A stretch of 64,000 bases of DNA from Picochlorum sp. SENEW3 (taxonomy: Eukaryota). Shown in pieces: positions 55,589-64,000 of the stretch (positions within the stretch are counted from its first letter, which is position 1; each line of letters starts with the position of its first letter). The translations under genes were made by a program, and so were the position numbers. The stretch is from NCBI GenBank assembly GCA_034226945.1, contig CP120455.1:620001-684000 (forward strand). The letters run 5' to 3'. The notes beneath the pieces were generated by a model. That model worked only from the letters and a program-made list of their open reading frames with translations, was not told where the DNA came from and made no database searches.

Positions 55589-56815
55589 TTATCGCATCAA
55601 GCGGCTTGGTTTGTGGAGTTTGACAGGCTTGTCCTGCAAGATGACTGTTGTAGGGTCTTGCATGACGACATTCTCCACCTCGTCTAGATTTTCACCCGGT
55701 TTCTCTACTGGCACTGGTTTCTTCCCATCCTCCCGTGGGGAACTCCCCAGCTCTGTTCCCTCCAGCAAATATGCATGGGTATCGTCAGGCCCACCACAAG
55801 CACTGGGACTCATCCTGTATCCTAGCTGCTCCATATTCTCTTGCTTTGCTACCGGCATAGATACACCTTTATTCTCTCCAACACCTCTTCTGATTGTATT
55901 CCAGACATGCCGTCCACCATAATATGTTCCATGCCGTGTCTGGATGCCATCTTCAGGAGTATGATGATCATGTCTGACATCAGTGGCAGGGTGGCGACGT
56001 GATGATGCAGAAGAAGAAGCGGCTGATTTTCTATGTGGCATTGGTCCACCCGTTGCCCTCTTGGGACGCGTGTGTTCTATATTCCTCATGGGAGCAAGCC
56101 TCATGTCCAGTTCTTCCCGTGACAATCTCTTTGGTTTTGGTCTTTCAGCATCAGATACTTTTGGGGTATTCTTAGCAGCACTCTTTGGTGAGGTTGATGG
56201 CATCAAGGTACTCAGATACCGTTTCAGATGATTCATTCGTGTGGCCACAAGCACACCACACACTGCTACAAACCCAACAATCCCATACACATGCACTGGA
56301 ATCCTTCCTGTATGAGACATCATAGAACCATTCGCCGAAATACCAACCCGTACTCCATCCAATGCCGCCTTGGGAATGGATACTTTATCCTCCATATACT
56401 GCGTATACATCATCTTGCTTGTAAAATCAAAAATACCAGTTGGTTGCAAGCCCACATCTCGCTGCCATGATTGCAAGGCCTCCTTCGTCATACTACCAAA
56501 ATACCCATTCACCACCTTGAATGAATCATATGGACTTGCAAAGAGGTACGATTCTTCCGACAGAAACTCCTGCAGTGCCAGCACATCAGCCCCACTCTGC
56601 CCTTGCCGTAGCACCCTGCCTCCAAAATCCTTCACATGAATACCATACGCCTCCTCCAAGTACGCACACCGCTTTTCATATTGATATTTACTCATCAGAC
56701 TGGCTTGACACACCATCCTCTGTCGCCGTTTACGTTGCATAGTACAGCAACGTTGTCTTCCCCGAAGAGAAAGAGGGAGAGTCTTGCAACAGGAATTCAA
56801 TGCCATGACAGGCAT
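55589..56815 (-). CDS. Plastid-type protein with a peptidoglycan-binding-like domain and a TM helix
   Basis: L..G.SG.DV..LQ..L, GYFG..T..AL..WQ...GL..TG fits the PG_binding_1 pattern; transit-like N-terminus. Confidence 0.75.
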   Translation of the reverse strand: MPVMALNSCCKTLPLSLRGRQRCCTMQRKRRQRMVCQASLMSKYQYEKRCAYLEEAYGIHVKDFGGRVLRQGQSGADVLALQEFLSEESYLFASPYDSFKVVNGYFGSMTKEALQSWQRDVGLQPTGIFDFTSKMMYTQYMEDKVSIPKAALDGVRVGISANGSMMSHTGRIPVHVYGIVGFVAVCGVLVATRMNHLKRYLSTLMPSTSPKSAAKNTPKVSDAERPKPKRLSREELDMRLAPMRNIEHTRPKRATGGPMPHRKSAASSSASSRRHPATDVRHDHHTPEDGIQTRHGTYYGGRHVWNTIRRGVGENKGVSMPVAKQENMEQLGYRMSPSACGGPDDTHAYLLEGTELGSSPREDGKKPVPVEKPGENLDEVENVVMQDPTTVILQDKPVKLHKPSRLMR

Positions 56816-57217
56816 ACCATACCCTACAATTAGACCGGTGTGGTATGTAATTAGTCATCTGTCTATTATGAGGGTATATATGGTTACAGACAGGAAAGTC
56901 TGGAAGTATTTTCAGGAAAAAAACAAGATTCGAGATCGATCAATTACAGAAACATACCTCGTGCCATGATCCACGAATATATACTGCGACCACAGAGAAT
57001 ACTGTTTTGTTACTAATAATAATACGCGTATGCAGCCTTCATCTATTGTAAAAAGAGGCTTGATAAAAACTAATCAGGGTGCCTGTTCGAATTTGAATCC
57101 TCTCCAAAGTCCGCGCCCAAATATTAGATTTTGGGAGTTTTGAAACAGACAGCATCCTCGTTCCATACAATTAGTATTATTGTTATTGTACTAGTAGTAG
57201 TTGAAAGGCATAGAAGA

Positions 57218-58996
57218 ATGGTGGAGACCACGGTGGATCGTGGGGAGGGAGAAGCGTCAGGACTGACAAGGAGGGTAAAACAAAAAACAAACACCTCTGA
57301 TGCGGCAACAAGGCTATCAACGAGTCGAACCAAGTCTAAAAAGAATGCTGGAAGTGCACTGAGGAAAATGAAGGAGGAAGCGCACGTGACGAGGTACTTG
57401 TTGTCTGGGGTCATGCATATAGCTGTCCTGGGAGCTGTGGTGCGGATGATGTATATTGGCGGTGTGATTGATTTGATGGAGAGTTATTATGATGCATGGG
57501 CGCCTTGGGTTGTACCATGTGGTTTATTAGAGACTAAAGAATACGTTATATTCTCCGAGCATATTGTTGGGAGGTATGGTATGGTTGCTGGTGGGATTCA
57601 TGTTCGGGGTGAGATTATTGCTGGCACATTTCTTGGCAGGCAAGGGTTGAACAGGTCTCTTATTTTGGAGCGATTACTCGGACCGAAGAAGAGCTCCTCT
57701 ATCCATATACTGGATTATAAAGATTACGTGGTTGGACCTGGGTTGATTGATGTGCATGTGCATATGAATGATCCTGGTAGGGCAGACTGGGAGACCATGT
57801 ATCAGGCTACACAAGCAGCAGCTGCTGGTGGCGTGACGATGGTGGTTGATATGCCCTTGAATAGTGATCCTGTGACAACGACAAAGAAGAGAGTATTGGA
57901 GAAGATTCGGATTGGTGCTGGGAAGAATTCGTCGTTTGTTCAGGTTGGTGTCTGGGCAGGTCTTGTTCCAGAGAATGCTAGGAATCCTTCAGTGCTCAAG
58001 GGGCTTGTGCGGGCAGGAGCTTTTGGATTTAAGGCGTTTATGGCTCATAGCGGGATTAATGATTTTGAAAAGGTTTCGATAGATGATATCGAGGCTGCAC
58101 TGCCTGTGATACGGAGCCTGGATGTTCCCTTGTTGGTTCATGCAGAGCTTGAGTTGGATGAGGAGGAGGTGGATGCGGATCTTCAAAAGGATTTGTATTC
58201 GTCTTGGCTTCAGATTCGACCTCCTGAGATGGAGAGAAGAGCTGTTCAGCAGTTGATTGATGCTTTAGAGAAACTGGAGAAGACGTCTACTAATGAGAAG
58301 AAGGGTTTTAGGATTCATGTGGTTCACATTTCTGATGACAAGGCGCTTCAGATGATTGTAGATGCAAAGAAGCGACATTTGCCAATCACTGTCGAAACAT
58401 GTCCTCATTATTTGTTGTTCTCGAAAGAGATGATACCGAAAGGGGCGACTGAATTCAAATGTGCACCACCGATACGAGATGCTGAGAATAGGGATGCGTT
58501 GAGACGGGGTGTGCTGCGCGGGGATATCGATGGGATGTCCTCGGATCATTCACCATCTCCAGAGTCTATGAAGATGAAAGATACTGGGGATTTCCTAAAC
58601 TCCTGGGGTGGTATTTCAGTTGTGCAGTATTCGTTGCCAGCCACATGGGAATCGCTCGTCAGTGCTGATCCATCAGTGTCGCCTTTTGTGCTGCATGCTG
58701 CGTTTTCAGGATTTCCGGCATCATTACTCGGTATGGAGCACCTCAAGGGCCGTATTTCTGATGGAAAGCATGCAGATTTAGTTGTATGGGATCCAAAGAG
58801 CAATGCTGATACGTCTCGAGAGGGTTGCTATCAGACACAGAAGCTATCACCCTACATGGGACGAGCCATGCGGGGCAAGGTTGTCTCAACATTTGTCATG
58901 GGATCCATGGTGTATGATTCTGGTGTAGGTGTCTCAGCGACATCATGTGGTACAAGTATAGCAAAGAAGTCAATTCGGAAGAAACGAAAGTCATAG
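57218..58996 (+). CDS. Allantoinase with an N-terminal membrane anchor
   Basis: PGLIDVHVH..DPGR..WE, AAAAGG.T..VDMPLNS, GFKAF, VHAE, ETCPHY, FKCAPPIR, SDHSP and WGGIS. Confidence 0.93.
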   Translation: MVETTVDRGEGEASGLTRRVKQKTNTSDAATRLSTSRTKSKKNAGSALRKMKEEAHVTRYLLSGVMHIAVLGAVVRMMYIGGVIDLMESYYDAWAPWVVPCGLLETKEYVIFSEHIVGRYGMVAGGIHVRGEIIAGTFLGRQGLNRSLILERLLGPKKSSSIHILDYKDYVVGPGLIDVHVHMNDPGRADWETMYQATQAAAAGGVTMVVDMPLNSDPVTTTKKRVLEKIRIGAGKNSSFVQVGVWAGLVPENARNPSVLKGLVRAGAFGFKAFMAHSGINDFEKVSIDDIEAALPVIRSLDVPLLVHAELELDEEEVDADLQKDLYSSWLQIRPPEMERRAVQQLIDALEKLEKTSTNEKKGFRIHVVHISDDKALQMIVDAKKRHLPITVETCPHYLLFSKEMIPKGATEFKCAPPIRDAENRDALRRGVLRGDIDGMSSDHSPSPESMKMKDTGDFLNSWGGISVVQYSLPATWESLVSADPSVSPFVLHAAFSGFPASLLGMEHLKGRISDGKHADLVVWDPKSNADTSREGCYQTQKLSPYMGRAMRGKVVSTFVMGSMVYDSGVGVSATSCGTSIAKKSIRKKRKS

Positions 58997-59027
58997 TACC
59001 TATTACAACTTTTTAAATGATTGTCTA

Positions 59028-62000
59028 CTACTTTGATTGACTTGCCATGAGTCCTTTTTGAACAATTGTCATCCAGTCAAGATATGATGGCTGGCCAGAT
59101 GCTCCCATTCTATCTTCAATGAAGAAGGGCATCACATGTGCTTCCATTGGAGTCCCTTGACGAATCACATGAACGTCTTGCACGAATTCTTTGGACTGCC
59201 TGAGGGAATGAATAACCTCATGGATACGAGGGGCCAATTTTGATCCCTGCCTTGGAGGTTCGAGAGTCAACGGTTGGTTCATATTCATGGCATTGTTTCC
59301 CAAGACATCCGCGTAAAACTGCTGTGACGTTCCTGATCCAAGCCAAAGAACCAATACTCTTCCAGTATCGATTAGATACACGCCTGTTGGATCACAGTAT
59401 TCCAGACCTGCTGGTGTTGTGCTTGGGAGTACCACCTTATTCTGCTGATTTCTTAATCCCCAGTTTCCTGATTCCTGATCAACTCTATAGCATGATGGGT
59501 ACATCAACTTCACCAAATCTCTGATGGTACCCGTGGTGATGTGGTGAGACACTGCAGCTCTTTCATCAGTGTTCACATCCCTGCCACTTCCCCTGAGGGC
59601 AGCAGTCTTCAAAAGACCTAAAGTCAGGACTGGAAGACTCTTCAGTTTCTCTGGCAACACCATCGATCCTGGCTGGGGACCCCCACTTCCTCTCATATGC
59701 AACATGCGATACTCTTTAAGACTACTGCACAGTGTCTGTTGGATTTTGTTCCTAACCGCGTCGAGTTTGGATGTATATGTCTTCTCAACAAAGACCTTGG
59801 CCATGAGCGCCGCCGTACATCCAGCATCACATGCTTTATATAGGTCTATCAATTCAGAGACAACAGGAAGAGCCAAGGTGTGAACACGAATCCGCCTCTC
59901 GCCCTGAGATGATGTATACAAAAGAGCAGCCTGTAAATATGCTGTTTGCCCTGTAAGCAATGTTTCCTCATGGGTAATTTCGACTGAGAATGTCTTGTCC
60001 GCATCACATGCAGGTAAAGCAAGTAAATCTGTCGACCGAACAAAGAAATGTCCGAAGAAGGAGGAAATTCGCAGACCTTTTGAGCACCTGATTCGCATGA
60101 CAGACTCCCATGCAGTTTCCCTGGTGACATTTCTTTCTAATTCGGCAAGAAGTTTGCTCGAGTCTTTATCTTTTGAGAATCCTGGGTAGTAGTAGCACTG
60201 CCCACCGGTGTACTTGGCAAGAGCTCCAATTGACGGAAGATCTTGGTACACAGAGCCACCAGCAAACACATCAATACAAATCTGGAACCTGGATGCTTCA
60301 GCTGAAAACCTCTTGTAGAACGGATCATCTGGACATCTGAGTGTATGTTCCCTGTCTGTACCATACAGTGCGGGATTATCGCGAGCTTTAATCCTGCCAA
60401 TCCCAGCCGATGGAGCAGCAGTTTGGAAAAGCATGAGCTTGCCACCAACATGATTCATCACAAGGAATGCGGCCTGCAATGCTGGTCCCATGGCACTATC
60501 TACAATTTGGGTGCTCATAAATGATTTCGGTATCGAGTCCAGGAGGTTTTCCAAGAGGCTGCGAGATTCTGACAAATTTACCAGGAGTTCGTCAGGCAGC
60601 GGAACAAATGGATCATCTATTTCACCAACCACCATCATCTGCGGGTTGGCCAGTCCCGCCCTCATGTTGTAAAAGTGGACGGATTTGTCAAAAGTGATGA
60701 CAGCAACTCTAGTTCTGTCATCACCAGGCAACTTTGAAAGAATTGATTTGATACTCTGGCAAGCTGCAATGATCATCCCAGACGATGCTGCGGCAAAAGA
60801 TACATCAATTGCAAAAACAAATGTCGGTGGCATGGGTGCACGAACCATATACTCTGCTGGAGCCACATATTCGCATGACCCTTGGCTCAATTCTGGCCTC
60901 TGATCGTGGTCAAGTCTTTTCCCTGAGGCATCAAGTGCACAGAAATAATCCACTGGACATTCATTCACCATTTGGCACACATTACACGAGAAACGCCTGC
61001 CACCATCCATCCATACCATGAATGGATTCATATATGTCCTGCAGCGCTTACAACGAACAATTGTTGTATGCCCAGCATTGGCGATATGAACCTCTCTGCC
61101 AGTTTCAGCCAGAGGATGTACAATGGCGCCATATGGAAGATGCCATCTTGATTTCAATGCCTGGCTATTCGGCACGGCATTCGTGGAAAATCTGACAAAG
61201 TCTTTACCACAGTTTGCAGCATTCGGCGTTGCAGGAGCTCCAATGGCAGCCTCCTGCTGCTCCTCTGTGCCAGCTGGCCTTGGGAAGGATGCAGCATTCA
61301 CAGGCTGTTGCTGCTGTTGTTGCGACCCTGGTGGACCAGGAACAGATTGCGATGGACCGAGAGATAACGACTCGAATGCATCGAGTGTTGCTGCCATCGT
61401 ATCGCCACCAAACCCTTGAGGGGCCATCATTCCTCCTGGCCTCGTTCCACCCATGGCACCTGCCTGCGGTGCCCCCATGGGAGGAGCAGCACCAGTCATC
61501 GTTGCAGCCGGAGGCCTTGGCTGTCCAAAAGATCCAGTCCCTGGTGGACCAGTTGGAGGACCAGTTGGTGGACCAGTTGGTGGACCAGTTGGCGGACCAG
61601 TTGGCAGACCAGTTGGAGGACCTGCAGACTGATTGGGCACAAATCTATTCGGTGGAAATCCACCCATCGATCCAGCTGGCGGCCTTGCAGCACCTCCCTG
61701 AGAACCAGGCTTCTGTGGCTGAAACGTTGATGGCCTCATCATTCCTGGCCCTTGCTGCTGCTGCTGCACTGGTTGCTGTTGTTGAGAAGGCATTCCTAGC
61801 CGCTGCTGCTGCTGCTGCATCGGTGGCTGCTGTTGAGAAGGCATCCCTGGCCGCTGCTGTTGCATTTGCCCTGGATACTGAGGAGGCACGCTGGGCCTCA
61901 TACCGGGCTGAGATGGCTGATATTGCCCCGGAGGAGGTCTCATCCCTGGTTGTTGCTGAGGCTGTCCCGGGCCAGGCATACCTGGACGATACATCCCTCC

Positions 62001-62280
62001 TGCTGGTTGCTGCGCAGTATTCATATAACTTCCACTTACTGGTGGTCCACCCATTCCTGCAAGAAGAAGACCAGATTACGCAAAACTCAACGACTTGGCC
62101 GGGCGAACAACCAATCTGATCGACGGCAATAAGACGACCAGATCAACATCCCATGCTACAGAAAGACCAAAACTGATTAATTACATCAATCAACATACCT
62201 GGATGCCTAAATTGCTGCTGCTGCTGTTGTTGTTGACCCGACCCCGGGGGGGCCCATTGATTTGGCTGTTGGCTCCCCAT
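59028..62280 (-). CDS. SEC24: COPII coat subunit Sec24; exon 1 62280-62199, intron 62198-62057
   Basis: Q/P-rich N-terminus, zinc finger RCKRCRTYMNPF..CNVC, vWA-like trunk, ESVMRIRCS, GERRIRVHT and a gelsolin-like end. Confidence 0.96.
61543..61622. repeat. 12-nt tandem repeat encoding (PPTG)n in the Sec24 N-terminus
   Basis: About six copies of GGACCAGTTGGN. Confidence 0.85.
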
Positions 62281-62513
62281 TCAACGAGTCTCAAGCCCTT
62301 CTGATTGATTCCAATATGTGTCAGATATTGTATCAAGACTATCTTGGGGAATACTGACTCTGGAACCATGTAGCCTTGAGAGAATTCTGCGAATTTAATA
62401 TTCTATTTACAGAAGCAATGCATTCTTACACAACCATCCAGAGACTCGATCCATCCATCCATCCATCATATTTGATTAATTCCATATTGACAGAACACAG
62501 AACAGAGATTGCG

Positions 62514-63082
62514 ATGGTTCAAGGGGATGAGCATACTCCTAGCAAAGTTGGCGCAGGCCTTTTTATAGTGTATGTTGTCGGACTCTGACTACTCTCTTCA
62601 TGAAGCCACAGAAATGATCCATCGTGCTTCTATATACATGCAGGACTGACGTGGGAAAAGATGCGCCAAAGGTTTTGTTGCTGAAGCGAAGTATGACGAG
62701 TGGAAACCCAGGTAGCTGGGGGTTGCCTGGAGGAAATCAGGACCTGGAGGATGAGGGCGATTTATACGTGACGGCGCTTCGCGAGTCTCGAGAAGAGATG
62801 GGAAATGTGCTTCCTGCATTGCGGCAGATTGGTGCCGTGCTGACGAAGAGGGGTAAGCATTCTCAGAAGCATTATACAGTCTTCTTGGTTGAAGCAGAGG
62901 ACGAACGGGTTCGAGAGACCTGGAGCCCGGCACTCAATGAGGAGCACTCTGAGTATAGATGGTTTGATGTTGCGACGTTGCACGAGATGGTTGATAGTCT
63001 GCATCCTGTGGTGGCACAGATGGTTGAAGAGGGTCCATTCCGGGACATTGTGCATACAAGTGTTGGTTTGACATCATCATAA
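62514..63082 (+). CDS. Nudix hydrolase; intron 62570-62643
   Basis: WGLPGG...ALRESREEMG Nudix box and EHSEYRW. Confidence 0.88.
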
Positions 63083-63097
63083 AAAAAGAGAGTCATA

Positions 63098-64000
63098 TTA
63101 TACATCCTTTTTTGTATCATTATTTTGGACACTGATTGTCTTCACGTTCACATCCGGGTGGACGCGTACTCTCTTCTTCTTCTTCAGCCTCTTGTCTCGT
63201 TGCTGGCTATACGACGTTAGAAAGGCAGTACCAATGGCTTTCAGTACATAACCGAGCATCAATGTCAGAGCTGCTACAGTAATCCATAAAACTATCACAG
63301 TTGTTGCTATCAAAGCAAAAACCATGACTGATGAGAATGGTCCTGCCCATGCCATTGGTTTCATGAATATTTCCAATTGCAAGTCTGTGAAGGATACAAG
63401 CACTCTGAAAAAGAGAGCAGCACTAGCAAATGGTTCAATCCCAACTAATTTGTGCATTGTATGGGACTGTGATGTGCTCAAGTTTTCACACAAATCTTTT
63501 GTGAATTCGTTGTACACCCCTGGACGAATATCATTGAATTTTCCCAGGACTGCATGTTTCGTCACATCAATAATCACCTCTGCAAACAAGACATACAGGC
63601 ATTGTCTCATCATCCGGGTGCTAGGCAATGGTTGTCCTAGTCCGATTGATTCTTCAACCAGAACAAATGAGATGATGATGTACAGATGGAAACGTTCAAC
63701 AATGTCCTGACACGCCAGCACAAATAGCTTTGTTGGATCAAATCGTTTCAGTACTGTCCCTTTGATTTCTGTGAAATTAGAAGCAATAAGCAATGCCAAG
63801 AGAGTATTTTTCTTGCTATTCATCGCAACACCGTATACGAGAGCCTGAGCTAATAACACACCAGCATGAGCAACAAGCAAGACGAGTGCCACGATTGCAT
63901 CTGAGGCCACATGAAGGTAATTCCTTCCGGTAGGATTCGTTGACAGCAACGTGCAGCTTGCAGCGAGTGCTTCTAGAACATCGACTCCGAAAGAACAGCA
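63098..64000 (-). CDS. TAPT1: TAPT1/POD1 (DUF747) membrane protein, 5' part outside the window
   Basis: VAMNS..N.LL.LLI..NF.EIKGTV.KRF, DIVERF and E...D..KHA...KFN. Confidence 0.88.
   Translation of the reverse strand, partial: CCSFGVDVLEALAASCTLLSTNPTGRNYLHVASDAIVALVLLVAHAGVLLAQALVYGVAMNSKKNTLLALLIASNFTEIKGTVLKRFDPTKLFVLACQDIVERFHLYIIISFVLVEESIGLGQPLPSTRMMRQCLYVLFAEVIIDVTKHAVLGKFNDIRPGVYNEFTKDLCENLSTSQSHTMHKLVGIEPFASAALFFRVLVSFTDLQLEIFMKPMAWAGPFSSVMVFALIATTVIVLWITVAALTLMLGYVLKAIGTAFLTSYSQQRDKRLKKKKRVRVHPDVNVKTISVQNNDTKKDV

Noticed and set aside
61543..61622. Tandem 12-nt repeats as CRISPR-like or regulatory repeats
   Set aside because: There are no spacers; the repeats simply encode PPTG units in the Sec24 low-complexity region.

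Overview
Very gene-dense eukaryotic nuclear DNA with about 40 protein-coding genes. Introns are few and short (GT-AG, 65-175 nt), TGTAA poly(A) signals follow many stops, and several proteins are plastid-targeted (PGM, FTRC, HCF164, FAX-like, CBM20). I infer a green microalga with a compact genome, plausibly a trebouxiophyte such as Picochlorum, but this is not verified. Most genes are housekeeping: PGM, UvsE, TOP1, TOP3B, OGG1, EMC1, p47, OEP61, ABCB, COG8, CAP-G, OST48, ADK, SmB, dynein LC1, allantoinase, Sec24 and TAPT1. The standout is a circularly permuted tRNA-Thr(CGU) gene at 54247-54345 (-). Its 3' half lies upstream of its 5' half, with a BHB-like junction at 37/38, a hairpin spacer, a structured leader and a T9 Pol III terminator. 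Other leads are a conserved hairpin and open hydrophobic frame after the UGA of two tandem PAN/apple paralogues, a probable OGG1-TOP3B bicistron, a structured 5'-UTR intron, a retained axonemal dynein gene, and several unexplained secreted Cys-rich proteins. Intron coordinates were derived by hand from splice consensus and frame continuity. All homology calls are from motif recognition; no searches were run.
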